Below, piece by piece: positions 9,890 to 19,979 of a stretch of DNA of 64,000 bases. The stretch spans positions 4,636 through 68,635 of the IMG/VR virus record IMGVR_UViG_3300031867_005256; one strand, given 5' to 3'. The stretch comes from a virus (taxonomy: Duplodnaviria > Caudoviricetes). Made by a program: the position numbers and the translations under genes. The notes below the pieces were generated by a model. It was not told the origin of the DNA and ran no database searches. It was given only the letters and a program-made list of their open reading frames with translations. Position 1 is the first letter of the stretch. Every line of letters starts with the position of its first letter.

Positions 9890-10885
9890 ATGGCTATTAA
9901 TTTACTTACTCTTGAGCCTCATAAAGTATCCAGAGATCTCTCTGGATACATAACTTACGTGTATGGTGCGCCTAAGGTTGGAAAAACAACACTTGGTTCG
10001 CAGATGCCATCTCCCCTCCTCCTTGCTTTCGAGAAAGGCTACAATGCCATCCCCGGAATTATCGCCCAAGATGTTACTTCATGGGCAGAAGTAAAGATGG
10101 TTCTTCGTGAACTCAAGAAGCCAGAAGTAAGAGAAAAGTTCAAAACTCTAATAATAGATACCGTAGACCAGGCGGCAGCCTGCTGTGAAAAGTATGTTTG
10201 CTCACAATACGAGGCTGACAGTATAGCCGCGGTGGGAGCTTACGGCCAAGGCTGGAACATACTAAAGAAGGAGTTTGAAGACCCCTTCCGTCAGATGGCT
10301 CAGCTTGGCTATGCAGTAATGTTCATTTCTCATGAAAAGGAAGGAACATTTAAAAAGCAGGATGGAACAGAGTATTCGGTTATAAGACCTGCTATTACAA
10401 ATACTTATAATGCAATCATAGAAAATATGGTTGATATATATGCAAGAATGTATACAAAGATTGAGAACGGACAGACAGCGGTAAAGCTCATGCTTCGTTC
10501 TCAGGATGGCTCCGTGACGTGCGGAGGCCGCTTTAAGTACATTCCTGCTGAAGTAGACGGAACTTACGATGCACTGGTTGCCGCTTTAAATACTGCTATT
10601 GACAGAGAAGCAGAAGAGAGAGGTAACAAGTATGTTACGGAGTCAAGAGAATCCTCTGTTATAAAGACAGAATATAATTATGACGAACTCAAGACTTCTA
10701 TTAATAAGAAGATTGAAGAACTCACTCAGGGTCATGACGAAAATGACTTTAAGGAGAATATTGCTCCCCGTATAACTCAGATAGTTGAGCGTTATCTTGG
10801 TAAGGGTAAAAAGATTTCACAGACATCAAGAGAACAGGGCGAACAGCTATTCCTTATTAATACAGACTTGCAGGAAATAAATTAA
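9890..10885 (+). CDS. AAA_24 / Sak4-like recombination ATPase
   Basis: Walker A YGAPKVGKTT, LLLAFEKGY, Walker B LIIDTVD and FISHEK. Confidence 0.8.
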   Translation: MAINLLTLEPHKVSRDLSGYITYVYGAPKVGKTTLGSQMPSPLLLAFEKGYNAIPGIIAQDVTSWAEVKMVLRELKKPEVREKFKTLIIDTVDQAAACCEKYVCSQYEADSIAAVGAYGQGWNILKKEFEDPFRQMAQLGYAVMFISHEKEGTFKKQDGTEYSVIRPAITNTYNAIIENMVDIYARMYTKIENGQTAVKLMLRSQDGSVTCGGRFKYIPAEVDGTYDALVAALNTAIDREAEERGNKYVTESRESSVIKTEYNYDELKTSINKKIEELTQGHDENDFKENIAPRITQIVERYLGKGKKISQTSREQGEQLFLINTDLQEIN

Positions 10886-10941
10886 CTGCTTGGGGCGAAC
10901 TCTATCGTAAGTTCAAAATTAAAAATAGGTTTATAACTTTT

Positions 10942-10965
10942 CAAGCGGGCATTTTGTCCGCTTGA
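10942..10965 (+). terminator. Hairpin terminator after the AAA ATPase
   Basis: caagcgggc-attt-tgtccgcttg followed by a T run. Confidence 0.6.
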
Positions 10966-11020
10966 CTTTTTATATAAAATATGTTATAATATTAATAGGA
11001 AAAAGAATGGAGTTGATATA

Positions 11021-11551
11021 ATGGCTCACATGGTTAAATGTCTGTACTGCGGAGAACATTTCGATGCAGATAAAATAGCTTTTATAAAAATTGGTAGACG
11101 ATATGCTCATGAAGAATGTGGCAATAGACAGAATACGGAATCTACAAAGAACGGTATTTATCAATTACAGCAAAATAAAGAGCAAGATGTAGATGAGAAG
11201 CGTATTTTTTTTGATTGCATTAATGAAACTTGTAAAGGTCGCTGTGAAGTTGATTGGGCAATGATAACAAAAGAATATAAAAGACTTGAAAAAGCGGGAT
11301 ACTCAATTAACAGTTTAACAAAAACATTTTATTATGTGTATGAAATTATCCGACAGCCGCTTCCCGAAAAATTAAACAATTTGTTTTTAGTAGAAAAATA
11401 TTATGAAAATGCGAAAGAATATTATAAAAATGTTTTTCTTATAAATAAAGCAAATAAGACAAAAGCAAAAGCAGATTATGAAACAGATATGATTGAAACT
11501 TCAATCGTATCTTATACTAAACCACTAAAATTTTTTGATATAGGAGAATAA
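11021..11551 (+). CDS. Hypothetical Zn-finger protein upstream of the helicase
   Basis: CLYC...HEEC motif; intact ORF. Confidence 0.55.
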   Translation: MAHMVKCLYCGEHFDADKIAFIKIGRRYAHEECGNRQNTESTKNGIYQLQQNKEQDVDEKRIFFDCINETCKGRCEVDWAMITKEYKRLEKAGYSINSLTKTFYYVYEIIRQPLPEKLNNLFLVEKYYENAKEYYKNVFLINKANKTKAKADYETDMIETSIVSYTKPLKFFDIGE

Positions 11552-11552
11552 T

Positions 11553-13841
11553 ATGATAAGATATGTTGATATACCCTCTATTATGCAAGTTATTGGAGGG
11601 GTCTTTATAGATAATTCTCTTTTGGATAATGATAAATATGTTTTTTCAGAAGATGATTTTACAGAAGAATTTCATAAGATTCTCTTTGGCTCTATCTATA
11701 ATATTCATCTTTTGGGTGGAGAAAAAATAGATATTACTTCAATAGAGCATTATATAGAACAAAGACCAAAGGCTTATGGAATATATAATGCAAACAAAGG
11801 AAGAGAATATTTACAGAGGCTGGCGGAAATCACCCAACTTTCAACTTTTGATTATTATTATCAGAGGATGAAAAAGATGACCCTCTTCCGCAGTTATCAA
11901 AAGATTGGAATGGATGTCTCTTGGTTATATAATCCAGACGATGTTCTAAATATAAAGAAGAAGCAGTCTCAAGAAGATTGGTTAGATAGTACTTCTCTTG
12001 AAGAAATTGCGGATATCATTAATGATAGAATTGAAGATATTCGTCAGAAATATGCGGAATGTGGCGCGGATAATACTGTTCAAGCAGGCGCGGATATAGA
12101 TAATTTTCTTGAAGATTTAAAGAAGAATCCTGAATACGGGTATCCGCTTTATGGGCCTCTTATTAACACAATAACGAGAGGAGCAAGATTGAAGAAAGTA
12201 TATCTGCGGTCTGCTGTAACGGGTCTTGGAAAGGCTCTTGATAATGAAACAGTTCTTCCTACTCCAAATGGTTTTTGTCAAGTCAAAGACATTAAAGTAG
12301 GAGATAAACTATTTGGCGCAGACGGAAAGCCTACTACTGTCATTGGCGTATTCCCGCAGCCTGAGCCGAAGCAAGTCTATATTGTTCGTCTTGTTGATGG
12401 TAGAGAAATAAGATGTTGTGAAGATCATTTATGGCAAGTAAAAATTTTAACGAGAGGAACATCTCGTTGGATAATTAAAACTACAAAAGAAATTTTTGAA
12501 GAAGAGCAAACGTCTGACACACCTTTCTGTTTTATCGACCAAAAAGGTTATACACGTCCAAAATGGGGAATACCTCAAAACAAACCAGTGGAATATGAAT
12601 ACAGAGAATTGAATAGAGATATTGAAGATTATGCACAAGAAGCATATGGATTTAATACGATGATACCAGAAGAGATAATGTTTAATACTTCCGAAATTAG
12701 ATTTAAATTTGCGAAAGAATATTTAAGAGGTAGAAAACATTTGGTATATTTAGAAGAAAATTCATATTGGTGCTATGTAAGTTTTTTCAGAGGATTGGGA
12801 TATACTGTTCATACTTCTGAAATATATGATGAAGAAGAAGAGAGATTTGTTTATGTCTTGAAGATTCCAGGGAACACTTCTAAAGTTCATTGCGCTATAC
12901 AGAAAATAATAAAAACAAATGAATATGCGGAAATGACTTGCTTTACTGTTGATAATAAAGATTCTCTATTTTTATGCGGCGACCATGTTGTAACACACAA
13001 TACTCGTATGATGATTGCGGATGCTTGTAATTTCGCTTGCAAGAAAATTTATGATAAGGAAAAGCGGAGTTGGCAAGAGAAAGATTATCAAGTACCTACG
13101 CTTTTTATAGCAACAGAGCAAGATATAAGAGAAATTCAAACGATGTTAGTAGCTTTTGTTGCAGATGTTGATGAAGAGCATATTCTTACAGGTCAGTATG
13201 AAGATGAAGAATGGGATAGGGTAAAAGAAGCGGCAGACATAATTAAAAATGCTCCCTTATATGTAGAAGAATTACCAGACTTTTCAATGCAAGATATTGA
13301 AAAAATTATTAAGCGAAATATAAGAGAACATCAAATAAAAGCAACTTGTTTTGACTATCTGCATTCGAGTATGAAAATACTAAGCGAAGTTTCTGGTAAA
13401 GCAGGCGTTAAAGGTTTAAGAGAAGATAATGTATTATTCATGATTAGTGTGCGTTTGAAAGACCTTGCTAATCAATATAATATTTTTATCATGACCTCGA
13501 CTCAGTTGAACAGTCAATATTTGGACGGAAAGCTTGACCAGAATTCCCTTCGAGGTTCAAAGGCTGTCGCGGATAAAGTCGATTTTGCGTCTATCCTTGT
13601 TAAGGCAACTAAGCAAGATTTGGAATATTTGCAATCTATAATAGAAATGGGTTTTCCCGCACCAGATATTAAAATGTCTATTTATAAGAACAGAAGAGGA
13701 AGATATAAAGATGTAATTTTATGGTGCCGTAGCCGCAGAGAGAGCTGCCGCATTATTCCTATGTTTATGACAGATTCAAATTATGAATGGATAGATATTA
13801 AAGATACTAATATAAAAATAAAGAGTGATGAAAATGTTTGA
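11553..13841 (+). CDS. dnaB: DnaB-like replicative helicase with an intein
   Basis: Walker A RSAVTGLGK|T is split by the intein. Also FIATEQ, FDYLH, MTSTQLN, LRGSKAVADKVD and KNRRG. Confidence 0.9.
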   Translation: MIRYVDIPSIMQVIGGVFIDNSLLDNDKYVFSEDDFTEEFHKILFGSIYNIHLLGGEKIDITSIEHYIEQRPKAYGIYNANKGREYLQRLAEITQLSTFDYYYQRMKKMTLFRSYQKIGMDVSWLYNPDDVLNIKKKQSQEDWLDSTSLEEIADIINDRIEDIRQKYAECGADNTVQAGADIDNFLEDLKKNPEYGYPLYGPLINTITRGARLKKVYLRSAVTGLGKALDNETVLPTPNGFCQVKDIKVGDKLFGADGKPTTVIGVFPQPEPKQVYIVRLVDGREIRCCEDHLWQVKILTRGTSRWIIKTTKEIFEEEQTSDTPFCFIDQKGYTRPKWGIPQNKPVEYEYRELNRDIEDYAQEAYGFNTMIPEEIMFNTSEIRFKFAKEYLRGRKHLVYLEENSYWCYVSFFRGLGYTVHTSEIYDEEEERFVYVLKIPGNTSKVHCAIQKIIKTNEYAEMTCFTVDNKDSLFLCGDHVVTHNTRMMIADACNFACKKIYDKEKRSWQEKDYQVPTLFIATEQDIREIQTMLVAFVADVDEEHILTGQYEDEEWDRVKEAADIIKNAPLYVEELPDFSMQDIEKIIKRNIREHQIKATCFDYLHSSMKILSEVSGKAGVKGLREDNVLFMISVRLKDLANQYNIFIMTSTQLNSQYLDGKLDQNSLRGSKAVADKVDFASILVKATKQDLEYLQSIIEMGFPAPDIKMSIYKNRRGRYKDVILWCRSRRESCRIIPMFMTDSNYEWIDIKDTNIKIKSDENV
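12234..13001 (+). mobile_element. Class 3 intein (256 aa) in the DnaB P-loop
   Basis: Starts ALDNETVLPTPNG (Ala1) and ends VVTHN|T. WCT signature is present: DHLW (block B), MTCFTV (block F), THN (block G). Confidence 0.88.
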
Positions 13842-14922
13842 TAAAGATGAAATAAAAAACAATCTAACAATAGAGCAAGTAGAAGCCTATGTTGCGGAAC
13901 TCGGAGGGGAGCCGCAACAAGGCAGAGGTTGTTTAATGTGTAAAACAATTTGTCATCATGATGATGCAGATGCCGCAAGTCATAAATTATATTATTATCC
14001 GAACACTCATTTATTTAAATGTTTCACTCATTGTGAGCCTTCTTCTTTTGATATTTTTGATTTAACTCTAAAAGTCAAGAGTAGGAATAATCCTTCTTTT
14101 TCTTTTGGTAACGCTATTCAATATGTCGCTAATTATTTTAATATCAGTTCATTTTCTTTTGTGGGTGAAGACTTTCAATTACCAGATTGGAAAATTTTTG
14201 ATAAGATAAAAGGAGAAGAAAGAACTTCTTATTCATCAGGTCAACTTGGTACTTATAAAGATGATATTCTGAAATATCTTCCGCAACCTTTAATACAAGA
14301 TTGGCTTGATGAAGGAATATCAAAAGAAGTGATGGATGAGGCGGGCATTCGCTTTGACCCAGTTACAGATAGTATTATTATTCCGCATTATAATATAAAC
14401 AATGAATTGATTGGAATAAGAAGAAGAACTCTAATAAAAGAAGAAGAAAAATATGGAAAATATCTTCCCGCAATTCTTAACGGAACCATGTACAATCATC
14501 CTTTGTCTTTTGCTTTATATAATTTAAATTTATCAAAAGAGAACATAAAGGTCGCGCAAGCCGCTGTTATCTATGAATCAGAAAAAAGTTGTTTAAAGCA
14601 TAGAACTTTCTTTGGCGCGGATAATGATATAAGTGTAGCGTGTTGCGGAAGTAATTTGATTTTACACCAAGCAAATATATTAAAAGATTTGGGTGTTAAA
14701 GAGTTTATTATTGCTTTTGATAAACAATGGCAAAAAGTTGGAGATGAAGAATATCATATTTGGACTAAAAAGTTGATTGAAATTAATAACAAATATAAAG
14801 ATGATTTTTTAGTGTCTTTTGTTTTTGATAAACAGAATGAATATTTAGGATATAAAGATAGTCCTATTGACAGAGGTGGCGAGGTATTTTTAAAATTATT
14901 TAAGGAGAGGATATATCTATGA
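13828..14922 (+). CDS. DNA primase
   Basis: Zn-binding CHH...CFTHC, IIIPHY...LIGIRRR, TOPRIM VIYESEKS and IIAFD; adjacent to the helicase. Confidence 0.88.
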   Translation: MKMFDKDEIKNNLTIEQVEAYVAELGGEPQQGRGCLMCKTICHHDDADAASHKLYYYPNTHLFKCFTHCEPSSFDIFDLTLKVKSRNNPSFSFGNAIQYVANYFNISSFSFVGEDFQLPDWKIFDKIKGEERTSYSSGQLGTYKDDILKYLPQPLIQDWLDEGISKEVMDEAGIRFDPVTDSIIIPHYNINNELIGIRRRTLIKEEEKYGKYLPAILNGTMYNHPLSFALYNLNLSKENIKVAQAAVIYESEKSCLKHRTFFGADNDISVACCGSNLILHQANILKDLGVKEFIIAFDKQWQKVGDEEYHIWTKKLIEINNKYKDDFLVSFVFDKQNEYLGYKDSPIDRGGEVFLKLFKERIYL

Positions 14923-16724
14923 AATATACATTATTAGGTAAAAATAGTTTATCATTATATGATATATTAGAAAATAGAAATATAACAAACCCATAGAAGT
15001 ATTTAAATTTAACAGATGCAGTTATAAATAATTATGAACTATTGGGAATAGATAATCTTAAAAATGCGGCGACCACCTTACTTAATACGATACAGCAAGG
15101 TTAGAAAGCGGTAATCGTGGTTGACTGTGATGCTGATGGTTTTTGCTCCTCAGCATTGTTTGTCAACTATCTATGGCATTATTTCCCATCATGGGTAGAA
15201 AATAATCTTGATTTTTTCTTACATGAAGGCAAAGTTCACGGTCTTGCAGATTGCTATGAGAGTTTTATTGAAAAACGATATAATTTAATTATCTGTCCAG
15301 ATAGTTCAAGTAATGATTATGAATATCATGAAGCCTTGGCTAAACATAATATCAAGGTTATTATTCTTGACCATCATGAAGCTGAAAAAGTAAGCCCTTG
15401 TAAGAATATCATAACAATTAATAATCAGCTTAGCGATTATCCAAATAAAGATTTTTGCGGCGGAGGTATTGTTTGGCAGTTCTGCCGCTTTCTGAACGAC
15501 AAACTTTTTCATGATGATTATTATTTAAAATTTCTTGATATTGTAAGTTTAAGTTTAATTAGTGATATGATGAGTTTAACTTCGCCTGAGACTGCTTACC
15601 TTGTCAGAAAAGGTCTTGAAGAAAATAATCTCCATAATCCTTTTATTACTTATATAAGAGAGAAAAACTCTTATTCGATAGGGCCTGTATCAACTCCGAT
15701 GGGATGGGCTTTCTATATTACTCCTTTTGTAAATGCAATTGTGCGAAGTGGCACAATGGAAGAGAAAGAATTAATTTTCAATTCTTTTATCGAATATAAA
15801 GCCTTTCAAGAAATCCCCTCTACCAAAAGAGGATGCAAAGGACAGCTTGAAAAACTTGTAGAATAGGCTGTTAGAACTGCTACAAATGTTAAAGCAAGAT
15901 AGACAAAAGCTCAAGATGCGGGAATGGCATTAATTGAAAAGAAAATAGAATAGGAACATTTACTTGAACATAAAGTAATTTTATGTTTGTTAAATAAAGA
16001 AGATATCGCCCCAAGTTTAGCGGGTCTTTGCGCAAATAAGATCATGGCAAAATATCAAAGACCAGTTTGTGTATTAACAAAACGAGAAGAAAAAACACTA
16101 CCTTGGGAAAATGAACAAGAGACAATTGTAAGCTATGCGGGAAGTGCGAGAGGATGCCCGCGAGTTGGAGCAGATAATTTTAGATAGATTAGTCAAGATT
16201 TTGATGGCACAATATATGCGCAAGGTCATACGTCAGCATTTGGCTTATCCTTAAAGGGAGAGGCAATTAATGAGTATCTTGCCTACACAGATGAAGCGTA
16301 TAAGGACATTTCAGATGAAGCTGTTTATTATGCTGATTTTATTACGGATTATGGAAATTTATTAAGCGATAGTTTCATGCTCTCAAAAGAAATAATGGAA
16401 ATAGGTAGTGCAGATGAACTTTGGGGTCAAGATGTTACCGAGCCATATATTGTAATAGAAAATGTCACTGTTACACCTGATATGGTTAATATTTATGAGA
16501 AAAAAGATATCACTTTAAAGTTACAGCTTACACATGATATTGCGGCAATGAAATTTAAAATATCAACAGAAGAATTAAAGTTATTTAGAGATATAGCGGC
16601 AACTGGCTCAATTACTATTACTATTGTTGGACAGTGTAGAATTAACACTTTTAATGGAACGACTTCCGCATAGATAGAAATAAAAGATTTTGATTTATTA
16701 GCTACTAAAAAGTATGATTTTTGA
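14919..16724 (+). CDS. recJ: RecJ-like DHH/DHHA1 ssDNA exonuclease, 601 aa with 7 TAG
   Basis: VDCDADG, ICPD, ILDHH, FCGGG, SDMM, YAGSARG and AQGHTSAFG lie in one frame with TAG=Q. ATGA overlap with the primase stop. Confidence 0.88.
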
Positions 16725-16782
16725 TTTTATAAGAAAAATATGTTATAATAATAATAGAAAATAAAAAGTAGGAGTTAATAAC

Positions 16783-17973
16783 ATGGAACTTAATAGCGGA
16801 CAGCAGAAAGCGTTAAAAATTATATTAGATAGATATGAAAGCGGAGCAAGGTTTGTTACCATAGCAGGGTATGCAGGTACAGGTAAATCATTCTTGGTCA
16901 GACACGCTATCCAAGAAATGGCAGCTCGATATGATATTGACCCCGAGACTGATATTATATATACTGCATATACTGGCAAGGCTTGTGAAGTGTTAGCAAA
17001 GCGAGGTAATAATCCAACCTCTACTTTGCATAAATTACTTTATTATTCAAAATTAAAGCCTAATGGAGACTATGAAAGAACAACCGTAGACTATTTGCCT
17101 TATAAAATAGTTGTTGTAGATGAAGTATCTATGGTTCCGCCTGAAATGATAAAAATATTGGCATCGTTTAATGTTTTTTGTATCTTTTTAGGAGATAGTT
17201 TTCAGATTCCTCCCGTATCAGAAGATTCAGACAATGGATTATTGAATAGTCCTCATTGTACTCTAACGCAAATCATGCGGCAAGAGGAAGGTGGAGAAGT
17301 TGTTCAAGTAGCTACAAAAGTAAGAAATATGGAAGCTGTTCCTTGTATGAATGGTGAGAACGTTATGATTTTGCCAAAAGATAGTTTAACAGACGGTATG
17401 CTTTTATGGGCGGATGTCATTATTTGTGGAACGAATAAGAAAAGACAAGAAATTAATCAAAGAATTAGATTACTTAAAAATTACGATGGAGACCTTGTAC
17501 AAGGAGAAAAAATAGTGTGTCTTCATAATAATTGGCATAAGTTTAGCGATAAAGGAAGCTGTCTTATGAATGGTATGCAAGGTACAATTGTTTCAGAAGT
17601 AGAAGAATACGAGGAAAGAATACCGAGAAAAACAAGAACATCTGGTGTTATTCCAAAATATAAGTTTAATTTCCAAACAGATGAAGGAGAAATTTTTTAT
17701 GGTTTAACCGCAGATAAAAATATGATGTTAAACGAAAAGGCTTCTTTATCTTCCAATCAAATTTATAGTATTGTACATAGCAATTATGCTTTCATTCTTC
17801 CAGAATATTTTACTTATGGAAATGCAATAACGTGTCATCGAGCGCAGGGGTCTCAGTGGGCTAAAGTTCTCGTAATTGAAGAAAAATTTCCATTTGATAA
17901 GACAGAACACGCAAGATGGGTTTATACAAGTCTGACAAGAACAACAGATAAAGTAGTGTGGATAAAATGTTAA
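16783..17973 (+). CDS. SF1B helicase (RecD/Dda-like)
   Basis: AGYAGTGKS, VVDEVSM, LGDSFQIPPV, QIMRQ, AITCHRAQGSQW and YTSLTR. Confidence 0.88.
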   Translation: MELNSGQQKALKIILDRYESGARFVTIAGYAGTGKSFLVRHAIQEMAARYDIDPETDIIYTAYTGKACEVLAKRGNNPTSTLHKLLYYSKLKPNGDYERTTVDYLPYKIVVVDEVSMVPPEMIKILASFNVFCIFLGDSFQIPPVSEDSDNGLLNSPHCTLTQIMRQEEGGEVVQVATKVRNMEAVPCMNGENVMILPKDSLTDGMLLWADVIICGTNKKRQEINQRIRLLKNYDGDLVQGEKIVCLHNNWHKFSDKGSCLMNGMQGTIVSEVEEYEERIPRKTRTSGVIPKYKFNFQTDEGEIFYGLTADKNMMLNEKASLSSNQIYSIVHSNYAFILPEYFTYGNAITCHRAQGSQWAKVLVIEEKFPFDKTEHARWVYTSLTRTTDKVVWIKC

Positions 17974-18443
17974 ATCTTAAAACTTCATATTTTTATTAGA
18001 TTAGAAATTTTTCACCTTATATGATACCTGTGTCGGTTTGTATATCAGACCCCGCATGGTATCATAAAGAACGCGGCAATGCGTATATTTATAAGGATAA
18101 AAGAAACGTAGTGAACGGTCTCCGCTTTGAATATATGATTGTACAAAATAAAGTTTTACATAAATGTCCTTGTAAAATGGAAGAACCGATGGAATGTGAT
18201 TTTTTACAAGAGTATTATAGAGAATTAAATAAATTAGATTTTGATTATATAAAAGAATAGCTAATTTTATTAACAGAATTTGAAAAAGAAAAACTGAAAT
18301 TACAAGAAGACCCCGTAATTGTTTTTATGTTACACGAAGCATGGTATAACCCCTGTTCAGAAAGAAAAATAATACAGAAATATTTTAAAGAACATGGAAT
18401 TGATTGTTCAGAATTAATATATCCAATATCGAAGGAGGAATAA
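17967..18443 (+). CDS. Conserved phage hypothetical protein (DUF488-like TSYFY start), 2 TAG
   Basis: MLNLKTSYFY[Q]IRNFSPYMIP...HEAWYNPCSER reads in one frame with TAG=Q. The family label is from memory. Confidence 0.6.
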
Positions 18444-18449
18444 AATTAT

Positions 18450-19118
18450 ATGCCCAGTCAGTATGATAACAAAGGCGGCTATGCAGGCTATAATAAAAAT
18501 AATAAAGAGAGAGCGGCTCTTGATTATTATGCTACGCCAACAGAAGAAGTTACAAATATTTTAAATATTCTTAATCTTGATTTTGAAGCGGACGATATTA
18601 TCCTCGAACCTTGTTGCGGCGGCGGTCACATGATAAGAGGTATTGAAGAATATTGTAAAATTAATAACGTATATCCTTCAATTGTTGGAACAGATATTAA
18701 AGATAGAAACCCTTCTGTCACCTTAACCAGTACCTCTTGTTATAGCGGAGAAGAATATGATTTTCTTCCTCCTGATTATCCGATAAAAGAAGCTGATTAT
18801 ATTATTATGAACCCTCCTTTTTCAACATTGGAATTTTTTGTAAGCAAAGGAATAAAGATGTCAAGAAAGGGCTTGCTTGTTTTTGGTAGGCTGCAATTTC
18901 TTGAATCAAAGACAAGATTTGAGAACATCTTTAAGGATACTCCACCTTCTAAAATATATGTATATGTTGATAGAATTGGTTGTATTAAGAATGGAGATCC
19001 AGATATCAAAGTACCAAAGATTCAAGCATATATGTGGGCATATTGGGACTTTCTACCTAGCGTGCCTTTCACTTCATTAAATTGGATTACAAGTGCCAAT
19101 TATAAAGGGGCAAAGTAA
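18450..19118 (+). CDS. DNA amino-methyltransferase
   Basis: DYYATP, LEPCCGGG (motif I) and IIMNPPF (motif IV). Confidence 0.85.
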   Translation: MPSQYDNKGGYAGYNKNNKERAALDYYATPTEEVTNILNILNLDFEADDIILEPCCGGGHMIRGIEEYCKINNVYPSIVGTDIKDRNPSVTLTSTSCYSGEEYDFLPPDYPIKEADYIIMNPPFSTLEFFVSKGIKMSRKGLLVFGRLQFLESKTRFENIFKDTPPSKIYVYVDRIGCIKNGDPDIKVPKIQAYMWAYWDFLPSVPFTSLNWITSANYKGAK

Positions 19119-19120
19119 TT

Positions 19121-19900
19121 ATGAAGTATATGGGAAGTAAAAGAAAATATTGGAAAGACATAGTTCCAATTATACAAAGATATATAAATGAACATAATAT
19201 AGAAGTTTTTATAGACGCTTTTGTTGGTGCAGCAAATTTGTCAGAGCATATAATAGCCCCTATTAAAATAGGTAATGATTTAAGTTTTAGCTTAATAGGT
19301 TTGCATAAACAAGCACAAGCAGATTTTTCTAAAATACCAGCAGAAGGTAGCAGAGAAATGTGGGATAAATGCTATTCTGAATGGAAAAGGATTAATGCTT
19401 TGCCGCTGGAAGAGAGAAAAGAATCTGAGATACCTTTCTATGAAATTGGTGCAATTGAATGGTATGGGAGTTTTAGCGGAAGAGGCTTTCCGGGCGGATA
19501 TGCAAAACCGAACGAAACAAGAAATCCTTATGTTTCAAGTAGAAATACTCACGAGAAAGAAGCTAAAACTTCTCTGTATCAAGATATAATTTTTACTTGC
19601 GGAGACTACCGTACAATACTTGAAAGATTCAAAGAATTATCTGATAAGAAAATCCTGTTTTATTTTGATAGTCCATATAAAGGGACAAAAGCCTATGGAA
19701 TATCCCCGCATTTTAATTTTGAAGAGTATTATGATTATTTGAGAAAAATATCCCAAACTTATCCTTGCTTTATTTCAGAATAGGAAATGCCAGAAGACTT
19801 TCCTATTGTTTGGGAGAAAGCAGCAGAAAGAACTGTTGGCTTAGATAATCATTATCAAGCAACAGAGAAGCTCTTTCTATTAGAGCCTGCAATCAATTGA
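19121..19900 (+). CDS. D12-class (Dam-like) adenine methyltransferase, 1 TAG
   Basis: MKYMGSK, FIDAFVG, DSPY (DPPY variant) and FISE[Q]EMP...EKLF. Confidence 0.8.
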
Positions 19901-19979
19901 ATAATTTATAAAAATATGTTATAATTATTATAGAAAGTAAAAATTATAGCATATTTTTATTTTGAAAGGGGATGGTTAA

